64,000 nt of DNA from Macrostomum hystrix (Eukaryota; Animalia; Platyhelminthes). The stretch covers positions 2,170,001-2,234,000 of the forward strand of contig CATNEN010000003.1 of assembly GCA_950097015.1 (NCBI GenBank). The letters run 5' to 3'. This document shows, piece by piece, positions 10,901-21,593 of the stretch. The notes beneath the pieces were generated by a model. The model did no database searches, was not told where the DNA came from, and saw only the letters and a program-made list of their open reading frames with translations. Numbering within the stretch: position 1 is the stretch's first letter; every line of letters starts with the position of its first letter. The position numbers and the translations under genes were made by a program.

Positions 10901-12192
10901 TACCGGAAATGCCGCATCGCATCTACGACTGCCAACAATTCCTTGCGGGTCGTAGTGTAGCGGGTCTCCGGCCCTCGCAGCTTCCGGCTGTAGTAGCCAA
11001 CAGGCCTCTCTACTCCGTCGGACTGCAGCTGATTCAGACAAGCCCCTATGCGGTCATCAGAGGCATCTGTGTCCAGGATGAAAGTTACCTTCGGGTCAGA
11101 GGTGTACTCCGGGTACGCCAGTACCTCCGTAGAGCACAACGCATCCTTCAATCCCTGAAAGGCCCTCTCATGCTCTGTCTTCCACAGACCCTTCAAGCTG
11201 GTAACGTCCCGCTTAGTGAGCTCGTGCAATGGTGCTGCAATCCCTGAGTAATTGCGGACGAACTTCTTGTAGTACTGCGCCAACCCCAAGAAGCTGCGCA
11301 ATTCTTTGGCGCTTCGAGGTGTCGGCCAGCCTCTAAGCTCGGCGATCTTATCCTCGTTTGTCAGGATGCCTTCTGGTGTCACCACGTGGCCTAAGTAGTG
11401 CAGCTCCCTCTTGAACAGGTGGCACTTCTTTGGCTTCAGTTTGAACTTGGCGTCACGGATTCGCGTTAGCATCATTCTCAGATGCTCCAAGTGATCATCA
11501 AAGGTAGGCGAGTGGACGAGTATATCATCGATATACCCCAACGCTACCTTTGGCGTCAGCCCTTCCAGCAGCTTGTTGATACAGCGCTGAAAAGACCCTG
11601 CCGAATCCGTCATGCCCATCGGCAACACAGTAAACTCAAACTGACCTCTGTGGTGAACCGAGAACGCGGTCAGGTGTCTATCCTGCTCTCTCAGCGGGAT
11701 CTGCCAGAAACCCTGTGCAAGATCGAGGGCGGAATAGTACTGCGCCCCTCTCAAATGCTCAAAGGTCTTCTGTATGTCTGGCAGCGGATAGACGTGCTTC
11801 AGGCAGCGGCTATTCAACTCGCGATAGTCTAAGACAATCCTGATCGTCTTGTCTTTCTTAGGGACAATCAGGAGAGGCGTGTTGTAGCTGGAGAATGTCG
11901 GCTTGATGATGCCTTTCGCCAACATCTCATCCAGCATCTTGTCCAACTGTTCCATCAAGTGAGGCGGGATCCTCCTCGGTGGAATGCGAACTGGAGTGGG
12001 ATCTGTCACAATGATCTCATGAGTGAGTAAGTCAGTGACACCATGGTCCAGGGGATGCATTGCGAATGCCTCGCGGCACTCTCTCAACATCTCCTTAACC
12101 CGATGCCTCTGCTCCTCGGTCAACCTCTCACAAATCTCCACCTCCTCTAGCCATGCCTCATCGCTCTCCAGCCCCGGATTCGTCGGATTCAA
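7933..12192 (-). CDS. pol: Gypsy Pol (RT, RNase H, repeat-containing spacer, integrase), N-terminally truncated
   Basis: RT motifs LDLAQGFWQ and YIDD. RNase H motifs LDTDAS and DHKAL. Integrase zinc finger H(DSPLAG)H...CRTC and core motifs HADVIG, DQGTNF and GQVE. RT-RH-IN order is Gypsy. Confidence 0.95.
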   Translation of the reverse strand: MNPTNPGLESDEAWLEEVEICERLTEEQRHRVKEMLRECREAFAMHPLDHGVTDLLTHEIIVTDPTPVRIPPRRIPPHLMEQLDKMLDEMLAKGIIKPTFSSYNTPLLIVPKKDKTIRIVLDYRELNSRCLKHVYPLPDIQKTFEHLRGAQYYSALDLAQGFWQIPLREQDRHLTAFSVHHRGQFEFTVLPMGMTDSAGSFQRCINKLLEGLTPKVALGYIDDILVHSPTFDDHLEHLRMMLTRIRDAKFKLKPKKCHLFKRELHYLGHVVTPEGILTNEDKIAELRGWPTPRSAKELRSFLGLAQYYKKFVRNYSGIAAPLHELTKRDVTSLKGLWKTEHERAFQGLKDALCSTEVLAYPEYTSDPKVTFILDTDASDDRIGACLNQLQSDGVERPVGYYSRKLRGPETRYTTTRKELLAVVDAMRHFRYFLVGKKFVVRSDHKALLWLMHQTEATGILGRWVERMSEFDFTIVHRPGKSHQNADSMSRKPDNPVNCSFGVLTPHNQFGASACTRQFSSQLEEGQERGNEQGEITGAAEPLRAVKPKAQVMDGRSGSGAAVSEGLVKEPVLEPVEVRQDKAVLQGCQEDTTAGQPLRREAPVYGAPQSARCSQFCLQTVDAAVQTVATEGSWSQGATREEHWVRGCDAKAQVQTQVVAEGSEVKEKVPTRCSQSCLQAPDPEPLVCPETEEVSARCSQSCLQTPSPTVEEFSETGEKSLARCSQSCLRATDPAVSRSSGQEDQQLARCSQSCLPTVGPSVGQGAEVEGSCQTRCDQSRLSRTPPAARAPGSKDKEDKDSGELPPVRAVVTEFLKVPVSQVELLEAQHQDPAIRYLTELKLSGREKPRFDQRLQMPKEVRDLLGAFEELEVRDGLLVIDFDDNRPPRPVLPKALDSRVFEALHDSPLAGHLGQSKTVQRVRDRFWRPGLWSEATGYVARCRTCLESKSRRKEIVPPQSFPVCEVLGRVHADVIGPLSQPSARGHRYILTLCDATSKYPFAYPMRNQKTKTVIKLLLDRFIPEYGAPAWLHMDQGTNFMSAEFEDFCKLYGIRHTHTCPYNPASNGQVENLNRQIKSVLTCLLEKDHRDWDLMLPACLIALRTSVHPVTGYTPYFLVFGREYRLPVDNTLTALAEYADLPDYLRHFQERIDQAVNCARDKLERYQVLREEHYQERPQARPLRPGQLVLLNNPVVESGEISKFHRPRQSVYVVLECKGETVYKIRRHGNTRKARKQVLVVHRRNLLPVPASICDRTEEASPARRKLGRPPKGSPPAADAAGEPADSDNDGDDDDEIGLWSARRWHLRPRAVSRPNLHDLADTEICKGEEAGEACGDVVVLPSDSPLPSPTLPPIPSSVHGEIAEGDRAREVGEAAQMGDARDREPRQRPQRERREPERLQVDPSRKSYFIRAMYGLPTMFQ

Positions 12193-13132
12193 GGAAACGC
12201 TCTACTTATAGTAGAGCATTTGAGCGTTGTTCTGCCAGTCTTCTTCCGAACTTAAGCGATTGCACCATGGTGTGCAATGTGACTCAGTGCGCAGACAGAG
12301 CTGGAAAGAGAGAGAGAGAGAGCGGAGGGGGTGGCGAGCGGAGGTGACAGTGCACGGGAAACACTAACTACCCACCCTAGCCCTCCCACAGACCTAGAAC
12401 AGCCTGACTGACAGATTGCCTGGAGGCTGCTCAGCAGTCTACAGCACATCATATTGAAATCTTGGGTATAATCCAATATACTAAAACTCACTTTGTACCT
12501 CAGCTCAGTAGTTTACAGAAACTTTCATATTATGAGCAATTAATATCCCAACACTAAAATTAATTTTGTACCTATGGCTAAACTTGTTTAATAAGCTTCC
12601 TATTACTCAATATGCTTAGCTATACATGATTCCATGAACAATAATTAATATACATATACTAATATATCTTTCCTATATACTAAAATTTACTTAGAACATT
12701 TACGCTAAAATCTAATAATAAATCTACAATTAGAACCCCTAGTGCCAAGTTTGTTGCAGCACTGTTGCAGGAACGTTGATGCCAACAAGTAGGAAGATGT
12801 TGATGAAATGTTTAATTTGTCGCGCTCAGGAATGTTGCAGGAATGTTAATGTGCAACATTGAAAAATCAACCAGATAGCAACCTTTGTGCAACCTCAGTA
12901 GCACTGGTATATATACTACTTATTTAGTAATGTTCATTGCTGTAGCCATTTGGTGCAAACTGGTAATAAAGCGAACGAAATAGTTCAATTTAATTTTAAT
13001 TTAGTGAAAGTAAAGAAAACATTTTATAGAAACCACAATGCTCCAATAGTAATTGTTTGACGTATGCAAAATACATATATAGAAGATGGACAAAGTCAAA
13101 GACACCTATGATGCTTTATAATGCAGATGTAT

Positions 13133-15465
13133 TGATGTGGAGTGTGCTGCTGGAATCGAGTGGGAATGTGAGCCAGCATAATTTTTCAAATTTTTAAGTA
13201 ACTAATAATTGCGACCCACATAGCAGCTGGCCACAAAACAAGATCATTAATCTTAGGGCCGGGTTTGAGGCGGCGGTGAATCAAGTAGCTGTCGAATCCT
13301 CTCTCTCCGGAGTTGTCTAGACTCCCCGTAGGAATGACTGATCGCGGCCATAATGTTACTGTATGAACTAGTTTAGGTCATAATTCCCCTCCAAACCGCG
13401 ATCAGATATAGGGGCTCACTCGCGCGTTATGAGTGATCATAAAATTCTTCATGTCCCCTCTTCTTTACAGTATTCGAGCCCAGCTCGACTTTATGACCTC
13501 CTTCCTTTTAGATACATGTAAATGTCACTGTAGGCAGGTCGGCGCCTGCGCTTCCATTGTCCCGGCGGAGTAACAATTGTTGGCCGTCTGCCGATGGCTG
13601 CTCTCGATGAGCACCTGTCGTTTCCCGCCGCCGGTTCATTGGGCAATTGGGGCGGCCTGTCGTCGCTTCGATTCCCCGTTGACAGGCGGGCGCGAATGTA
13701 GGTTGCTTTGATGGATGTCGGGGTTGGCGTGCTGCAAGGCCTATTTAAGCAAGCGCGCGGCGCTGCTCCCTCTAGGAACCCCCCCTTTTCTCCCACCGGC
13801 TCTTCCCCTTCTCCCCTGCCGGACTTACTTTTGCCGGGCCGGACTCCCACCGGACCCAGGACTTATCCCCCAGACCCATTTAGGGCATAGACCCTAGAGC
13901 TCATAGCCCCACAGTTAGTGCAGGCCCATTGCCTGTCCCCATTCCCCCTGAGTGCGAGCCACCTCTTTAGGTGAGCTGTTAAATTGAGCCTTGAGCTCCA
14001 AGCTCAGGTGTTGGCCCCCTTGCCGACTCGCAGCATCCTTCCCTTCCCGGCTTTTGCTATCTTACCCCATCCTCTTCCCCGAGAACAACGGGATTGCAGC
14101 ACGCGGCCGAAGCGACTCCAGATAAGTAATCCGCGCAGCGGTTTGCAATTATTGCTCCTAAGGGGCTTTCTATTAGTTAGGCGGCATTTAGTGGGAGGGA
14201 AGCTAGGAATTGTTTCGCCTAATAAACTATCCAATCTAAGCACTTTTAACTTATTGGGCTTAACTGTATAACAACTTAATTTCTTTTATTATGTCTCCTT
14301 TTCACCTTTATTTTAACCTTAGACAGCCCTCTACCATGAGTGGCTAATCTATTAGGGGAATGGGCTCTGGCACAGCCGAGCTGAAAGCTGCGGCAGGAAG
14401 GCAGTTGTAAGCGCGCATGAGAGTAATATGGAGCTAGGGGTTTGTAAGTAAATGCGGAGGGTAGCATGTGCTTTTCCTTTCCAGGGGGTTGGGGGAATCC
14501 TTGGCCGGTTTTCCTTCTCCCTCTTGGGTGGGTTCAAGGTACGTGTCGAACTCCCTTTCCATTGGAGCTTTCCCGCTGTTCCCCTTTTGCACCTGCGGCC
14601 ACGGGAGCGAGAGTGATGTTCAATTAATCTTACGCTTGCATAATCACTCAGCCAGTGTTCAGCTTAATCTCTCCTGCCTCTGTTTTCCTCAACTCACACA
14701 GACTCGGATTGCTAGTTATCTAATGTGCAGGCTGCAGTCTAATGTACAGAATGTGTCTGATGTCCCATGAGTAGGGTTCTGGCTATGGATTTCTCTTTCG
14801 GGTTCTGAGTACCACCTTTCTAGACCACTGTAGCGCAAATTCAGGAATCCCCTGGTGAGGCGTGTCTCGATCCATTCTGGGGTCTTCACCCTAGTCTAAA
14901 ACGGAAGTTACAGAAGGCTCTATTTTTTCGGCTTGTCTAAGATCTGTGTGACAAACTAGGAGCCGCGAGCTCCGGGGACCCAAGTTCCCAAATGTCTGCG
15001 GTGGCAACGTAGGCGCATTGGGTGGTGGCGCTACCCTAGATCATTTTCCGCTTTGCCGATAGCCTTTCCGCATTTCTAAGACAAGAGCCTAGGCCGAGTC
15101 GACCACTGCTACCAAGGTTGGGAGTCAGTTACGAACATGCTACTGATGACAGTAGGCTACCTAGCCCTGTCCTATCCGCTTGCGGGTAGTCCGACATCTA
15201 TTTAGACTTTTAGCCGGTTTCGAGCACTGCTTGGGGTAGGCACGGCAGTCATGCCTGTGGCCTATGGGTTGAGTGGGACTGGCCAGCCTGAGGCAAGGAG
15301 GACCACTCCCTGCATCCACTGTCTCTCCCTTCATCTCTCCCTTCATCCCTCTTTCCGCGGCAACTCGCGAGACTTCGCGGTACGACTTCTGACTCTATCG
15401 CCATCCCCACACTCCTTTCCTTCACGAGGACAGATCATCGGATTGCAAACCCGCAGCTTATTTCA
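13133..15465 (+). mobile_element. Solo LTR, family 1
   Basis: TGATGTGG...TTTCA with GTAT target-site duplication. Confidence 0.92.
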
Positions 15466-16365
15466 GTATTTTTAATTAAGTGCCTTTAATGTTATTCAAT
15501 TAAACTTTCAGAATTCAAACAAGTAAATACAATGGCAGATAGATCAGCTGGGATATGGAGCTACCCAAAGGAAGAGTGTTGGGGTACATCTGCTTTAATG
15601 CAGATTGAATTAGTTTTGAATTAATTATTTTTTTTATTAAATGCCGTTAATGTATTCAATTAAGTAACTCAAAGGGAATATAGAGAAACGGTACCATCAG
15701 TAATGATGGCCACGTCTTCATCAGCTGCCAGATCATCTGGAAAGGAACCGTTCCTGTTCAGCAAAGCAGCCCCCTCTTCTTCATCATCCGCCTCTTTTTC
15801 CTCGTCATCGATCTCTTCTTCGTCGGGCTCTTCTTCCTCGTCCGCCTCTTCGTCATCGTCGCCGTCGACTTCTCCATGAAAGGCACTACGCTGGGCTGCC
15901 AGGGTCGTTTTTTTCTTGCGGCGTTCTCGGGTCACCGCCTGACGGAGGTGAGCAGAAATGGCCGACTCGATGGCGTCATTTTTAGCTTCTTTGTGGCAGC
16001 TCCACACAACATCTGAGAAAATGTTGGATGAAAATAACAAAATAGATTTAAACGAAGAAGCGTATTTATCTTAAAAGGCTGTAGAAAACAACAGAAAAAG
16101 ACAAGCATTGCCTACAACAAATATTACTTACTTTTGATGAATGGTAACAATCCTGTAGACTCGAAGCTGTGCTTCGATACTCCACTCCGGACAGCTCCGC
16201 GCAGACTGAATTTTTGTGCCTCAGTGTCGTCCATGAGACGATAGAGAATGTTGGATACTTGACTTACTTGACTTGACTTAGCTGCAGGGTGCTCCGTACC
16301 GACGGACGCAGCGAGGAGGCGGAGAGGACCGCCCATTCCGCTAACCCCTGGCAAACCAGACGACC

Positions 16366-19300
16366 TCAGGGCGAGGTGGTGTTGCTCAGGGTGGCCCGTT
16401 GGACTCGCCTGCAGCTTGGTCCTCCGCACTGTCCGTGGGAAAGACGTTGGCTCGCCCAGTATCCCGGAGGTACCGGGATGCTCTCGGGCCTGCAAACATC
16501 GGAGAGAGTTGGGTTAGGCCCAAGGTGTTCAAGCCTTGCCCTGGTGAAAACTGGGCATTGGCAGATAAAGTGTTCGGCGTTTTCACTGCCCGAACTACAA
16601 AAAGTGCATTTGTCCTCCAGGAGCTGGCCCTGGAGAAAGCGGTGCCGAGAGAAGCAGCCATGACCTGAGAGGGCCATGCTGACTGCGCGGAGATCCCTGC
16701 GGTTTAGCTTTAAGAGGGCTTTGCGCAGGCGGTGAGACGGACAAGGGACCGCTGCCCTAGATTGCTTGCAGTTCTGGGTCTTGGTCCATCTGTCCAGATG
16801 CTGTGTCTCCATCCAGCGTTTTAGCTTGAGGTTGGTCACATTGGCGGGGATAGGAGCGCCAGGTTCTGGTCCCGCCAGGGTGCTGGCTGCTCCAGCTTTT
16901 GCGAGCTGGTCCGCCATCTCATTCCCTGGGAAGCCAGCGTGGCCTGGGATCCATTTGAGCTTGACCTCGTTTGCCCGCGCCAGCTCATTGAGCTGGGCAT
17001 GGCAGTCCAAGGTAGTCTTAGAGCAGGTGGTGCTTCGGTCGAGGGCCCGGAGGGCGGCTTGACTGTCGGAGTGGAAGAAGATCTTCCGGTCAGTGAGCCC
17101 CCTCAGGCGCAGCTCTGCTGCACAAGAACTGATGGCGAGCATCTCGTTCTGAAAAACGCTGGAGTTTTTTCCAGTGTGCTGGGAGTGAGTCCAGGCGACC
17201 TCTCCTCCCTTGTAGATACAGGCTCCGAAACCAGAGATTCCGTTCATCATGGAGCCGTCGGTATAACAGTGGATTTCAGAGTCGGCCCAGCTGTCGTTTG
17301 CCTCATGGCGAGGCTGGATTTCGACCTTGTACCTGTGGCTCAGGATCAGAGTGGCGGGTATAGCATCGGAGAGGATGTAAAGCCCTTCGCACTCGCCCAG
17401 AATCTTGAGGCAAAGATCGGAGTGGGGAGCGAGAGAGCGCTTTTTGAAGGCCCTCGAGAATTTGAAGGTCACACCGGCATCCATGAGTCGCCTGGTGCTC
17501 TTCGCGGCCTCTCCCTTGACGAAAATGTCCAGAGGGGTGGCTCCCAGGAAGGCGTTCATGCCTTCGAAGGGGGTGGAGGGTGAGGCGCCCAAGGTCATGC
17601 GACAGGCTCTGCCCTGCACCCTGTAAAGCGCATCCAGGTTTCCCTGGGTGCTAGTGGCGCTAGCCCATATGAGGCTGGCGTACGAGATCGAGGGTCTGAT
17701 GATCGTGGTGTAGATCCACCAGAGCTTCTGGGGGGTGAGGCCCCAAGTGGTGCCAACGGCTCGCCTGACTTGCGCCAGGGTCGCCAGGGCCCTCTTGGTT
17801 TTGAAACGGAGGTGGTGACTCCAGTTTAACCTATGGTCCAAGATCAGACCAAGGCAGCGAGTTTGCTTGCTCATGGCGATGTCCTTGCCGTAGAGAGTGA
17901 GGGGTTTTATGGTCCAAAGCAGGTTGCTGGTAAACATGATCGCCACGGTCTTGGACTCGGAGAGTCTGAGCCCGCAGCGGGTCGCCCAGCTTTCAGCTCT
18001 GTTGATGAAACCCTGAACGAGGTCTCTGGTGGTTTCCGCTGAAGGTCCCGCACAGGTGGCGGTCACATCATCGGCGTATCCCACTTTTTGGACCGGATCT
18101 TGCGGAGCATCTTCAAGCAGCTCATCCATGACAAGATTCCAAAGAAGAGGAGTAAAGACCCCGCCCTGAGGGCCCCCTTTCTGGACTGGCGCTGAAAGCG
18201 TGTGCCCATTGAGGTTGGCCACAACAGAGCGGTGTTGGATCATGTACATAATCCAGCGGACAAGGTGGGGGTGCGTGGCTCTAGATTCAAGAGCTCTACG
18301 GAACGCTTCGAAACGGACGTTGTCGAAGGCCCCCTCGATGTCGATGAAGACGGAAAGAGCAAAACTGTTACCCAGCACTGCTCGTTCCAGCTTTTCCACG
18401 ATGGAGTGGAGGGCGCTCTCAGTGGATCTGCCAGCCCTAAAGGCGTGCTGGTTCTGAGAGAGAGGGAAGCGTTTGAGCTCCACAGAGAGGAGGCGCCAGA
18501 GCACCAGTCTCTCAAGCAGCTTCAGTAAGGAGAAAGTCAGGCTGATAGGACGGTAGGCCTTGACTGATTGATAGTCGTCTTTTGCGGGCTTGGGAAGGAA
18601 GACCACGCGGGCCTCCCTCCAGGTGGCTGGTACATAGCCCAGCTCCACGCAGGCCCGCAGAAGCTGACAGAGAATGTCCAGGAAGCAGGGATTTTTCACT
18701 GCCTCGTGCAAGAAAGCCGGGTACATGCCGTCTGGGCCCGGAGCCTTGTACGGATTAAAGGACTTTGCCGCACGGATGATGCGGTCTTTGGTGACGAGAG
18801 ACTTTGCTAGACCTTGCCCGCCCACAGTGTGGTCTGGCTGGCCCTGCGCTGTCTGGTTGCTGGGGAAGAAATGCCCGAGCATGAGCTGGAGCGTCTCTTC
18901 CGGCGTATCTGTGGTGGACCCATCAGGCCTCTTTACCACGGATAGTTTGGAGAAGCGGTCTTGGGTGAGCGCTTTTACCACGCGGGCAGTGGGGCGGGAG
19001 CCCTCAAGCCCTTCGCAGTATTGGCGCCATTTTGCCGCTTTTGCCCTTCTGACTTGGCCCTTGAACTCATGACTAGCATGGACATAGGCTTCTCTGTCTT
19101 CAGGAGTCCTGGTTTTTAGAGATCTCCTCTGCAGAGCCTTGGCTCGTTTTCTCAGGATTCCGAGCTCGGGGTTCCACCAGGGGGCAGATTTTTTGCCTTT
19201 ATAGGCTTTGAGGGGACAGGCCGCCTCATAGGCATCGATGACCGTGCCTCCAAGCTTGGAGGCCAACTCGTCAGCTGTGTCACAGTTTGTGATTTCACCC

Positions 19301-20076
19301 GGGGTGCCGATGTCGCGCAGGCCCCTGCTCAGCTCAAGGCCGAACCTGGTCCAATCGGTGTTTCGGACGTTTCTGCTCCAGGTGATAGTTTTTTTCGGGG
19401 TAGCATTTGCAACCTCGAAACGGATGAAGCGATGGTCAGAGAGGGACTCTTCTTCTCCCCACACCCTCCATCCGGATATCCTGGCGAGGACGCCCGGGGA
19501 GGCGAGGGTGACGTCGAGGACCTCCGACCAGCGGCCATTGTCGAAAGTCGGGGTGCTTCCGACATTGCAGAAATTAAGGTTTGTGCCACCGACGAAAGCG
19601 AGGAGCTCTTCGCCGCGGTCGTTGATGTTCTTACTGCCCCAGTGCGTGTGGTGTGCGTTCACATCACCGGCAATGAGGAGCTCGAAATTGCGCGCCTGCG
19701 CGTAGTCACAGAGAGCTACCAACGCATCGCTAACCGTGGGGGCATCGCCTGGCAGGTAGACCGACGCCACCAGAGTAGACTTACGCTGCACTATGTGCAG
19801 GGTTTGGATCACGCAGATGTCCCCGGTGGAAAGGTCGGGTCTCATCCACGCTTTCAGAGAATTTGCGGCAAGGATCAAAGATCTGGGGCGAGGGGTGTTC
19901 GCCATGCAAAAACAGTCAAAACCCGAAGGTATATTGGTAGACTTACCTTTGGAAAGCCAGGGCTCCTGAACAAAAATGAGGCTCGGGAGCGTGCTCTCAG
20001 CCACGCGCAGCAGGTTAACCGATGCCGCCACGCAGTGCTGAGAGTTTATTTGGAGGCAACAAAAATTTTCACTCAT
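16366..20076 (-). CDS. LINE ORF2: AP endonuclease, RT, RNase H, CCHC finger
   Basis: APE motifs VQEPW, GDVNAH and SDH. RT motifs PQGG and YADD. RNase H motifs YTDGS and WIPGH. CTFC...H...C finger. A frameshift in the last ~35 codons is probable. Confidence 0.93.
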   Translation of the reverse strand: MSENFCCLQINSQHCVAASVNLLRVAESTLPSLIFVQEPWLSKGKSTNIPSGFDCFCMANTPRPRSLILAANSLKAWMRPDLSTGDICVIQTLHIVQRKSTLVASVYLPGDAPTVSDALVALCDYAQARNFELLIAGDVNAHHTHWGSKNINDRGEELLAFVGGTNLNFCNVGSTPTFDNGRWSEVLDVTLASPGVLARISGWRVWGEEESLSDHRFIRFEVANATPKKTITWSRNVRNTDWTRFGLELSRGLRDIGTPGEITNCDTADELASKLGGTVIDAYEAACPLKAYKGKKSAPWWNPELGILRKRAKALQRRSLKTRTPEDREAYVHASHEFKGQVRRAKAAKWRQYCEGLEGSRPTARVVKALTQDRFSKLSVVKRPDGSTTDTPEETLQLMLGHFFPSNQTAQGQPDHTVGGQGLAKSLVTKDRIIRAAKSFNPYKAPGPDGMYPAFLHEAVKNPCFLDILCQLLRACVELGYVPATWREARVVFLPKPAKDDYQSVKAYRPISLTFSLLKLLERLVLWRLLSVELKRFPLSQNQHAFRAGRSTESALHSIVEKLERAVLGNSFALSVFIDIEGAFDNVRFEAFRRALESRATHPHLVRWIMYMIQHRSVVANLNGHTLSAPVQKGGPQGGVFTPLLWNLVMDELLEDAPQDPVQKVGYADDVTATCAGPSAETTRDLVQGFINRAESWATRCGLRLSESKTVAIMFTSNLLWTIKPLTLYGKDIAMSKQTRCLGLILDHRLNWSHHLRFKTKRALATLAQVRRAVGTTWGLTPQKLWWIYTTIIRPSISYASLIWASATSTQGNLDALYRVQGRACRMTLGASPSTPFEGMNAFLGATPLDIFVKGEAAKSTRRLMDAGVTFKFSRAFKKRSLAPHSDLCLKILGECEGLYILSDAIPATLILSHRYKVEIQPRHEANDSWADSEIHCYTDGSMMNGISGFGACIYKGGEVAWTHSQHTGKNSSVFQNEMLAISSCAAELRLRGLTDRKIFFHSDSQAALRALDRSTTCSKTTLDCHAQLNELARANEVKLKWIPGHAGFPGNEMADQLAKAGAASTLAGPEPGAPIPANVTNLKLKRWMETQHLDRWTKTQNCKQSRAAVPCPSHRLRKALLKLNRRDLRAVSMALSGHGCFSRHRFLQGQLLEDKCTFCSSGSENAEHFICQCPVFTRARLEHLGPNPTLSDVCRPESIPVPPGYWASQRLSHGQCGGPSCRRVQRATLSNTTSP

Positions 20077-21456
20077 TGATGTTCCTCTGGTTTCTGAGGG
20101 GATTGGGCCAGAAGGCCCTCTTCCTCCTCTTCAGTAATAGGGAGATGACGGGGGCTGCCGGTCTCCATGGGCTCCCCCACAGGGTCAGGCTCCTGACCTG
20201 CGGGCGGGTATTGGGCATCCTGAGACGCCCTGTTTCCTCCCGTAGCGGAGCCCACCATCTGCGTGGTGCCCATGGTCTCGGTGAGAGTCCCGCCCTGGGC
20301 AATTTGGCGTGGTCCCCGAGGTCCCTGCTCCATGGACCTAGGCCCAACGGTGGCGCCGCCAGTCGCCCTAGGCTGGGCTGCCCGCCTCAACAGGCCGGAA
20401 GCCTCTCTCCTGAGGTGGGTCAGCTTTGCTGACTGGACTGCCTCCGCAGCTCTCTGCAGCAGGCCTTTCCTTTTAGTGGAGCGTGCTGGGTGACGATCGG
20501 AGCCCCCCTCAGCAGCGCGTTCTGCCTTTCCATCGTGGCTATGCTGGGCTTTGTGTCTCCTGACCGAGGGCCTAGCAGCCTTAGGGGCCGACGCTCCTTC
20601 GGCTGCCGCCTCGGTAGGGTTCACGCCCTGCTTCCGGCGTTTGTCTGCCTCAAAAGCTCTGATGCGCAGCTTTAGGAGGCCGATGGCGATCTGTGTGTCG
20701 TCTGGGTACTTGCGCATCCAGACGTCCGACAGACCAAGAATGGCGGTGAAGCCCCGACCCTCGGGATGCTGAATGGTGTCGTGCACCACTAGGCCCGCGG
20801 CAGGTAAGTCGCGATTGACTGCAAGCAATCCGTTTCGCAACTCTTCTGAAGAGGTGACGACACTAGCCGCCGGAACGAAGATGCGGTGCCTCTTCGTCTG
20901 GGGTGGCTCGTCTTCTCGGTAAATGCCATATTGGCTTCCCAGCTCTGCTCAGGCAGCATCTCCAGGAGGCGCCGTCCTGACTCGGCGTCGCTGGGCCAGA
21001 TGAGCAGGCACGAGTCCCGCGTGGCGTGAGTTTTAATGGCCAGGGGCGTGCCCTTGAGGGTTTGCTTCCACAGGAGCCCGTCGATGACGCGGCTTGCTTG
21101 TGTCAGCTGGTCGGCAGTCAGACGCGCGTCCCTGCCAAGGATGACGATCGCCGGCTGCCTCCGGTGGGCTGACGGCCTCCCGTAATGGCTGGCTGGGCCT
21201 CCTTCGGCCTAGGCCGAGGGTTTGACACGTCGAGGGCACCCGAGGCCAGTAGCTTGGCCTTGAGGCGTCTGCGGCGGGCTGCACCGGACGTGCTACTCAG
21301 CTTGGCGCTAAGTGGCTCGTTGGGCCCGATGCCGGGTGGGGCAGGTTCTGGATGGCTTGGTCCTGCTGTGGTCGTGATGTTGTCCGAAGAGGGCCCTTCG
21401 CGATGCGTGGGTACCTCCTCGATCTCCATCGTTTGTTTTTGGTTGTTTGATTCCAT
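20073..21456 (-). pseudogene. LINE ORF1, frameshifted
   Basis: Fragments 21118-21456 and 20073-20840 lie on the same strand between the 5' UTR and ORF2. The ORF1 stop overlaps the ORF2 start (ATGA). Confidence 0.7.
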
Positions 21457-21593
21457 ATCACCGAGAAATCGCTGGAATGCAAAGAAAAAAGGAATGGAGG
21501 ACCGCTAATGGCCGGATTACTCCCCGGACCTCCCAGCCCCTCGGCGCGGTGCGACCTTAGGCATTGGAGAGCACAAAAGGCTGTGCCGGGCCC

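Larger units (their letters stand above)
5857..12451 (-). mobile_element. Ty3/Gypsy LTR retrotransposon A, internally deleted (gag and protease lost)
   Basis: The 3' LTR is 6522-5857 (TGATGTGC...GTACAACA), preceded by PPT GGAGGAGAG. The 5' LTR remnant 12451-12199 is nearly identical to 6522-6270. Flanks are TATA/TATT within an AT run. Confidence 0.9.

Noticed and set aside
5823-12472. 22-bp TSD (ATATTGAAATCTTGGGTATAAT) around Gypsy A
   Set aside because: Better explained as a pre-existing ~29-bp host tandem duplication, with the element inserted in the AT run of the second unit. The element itself ends TG...CA.
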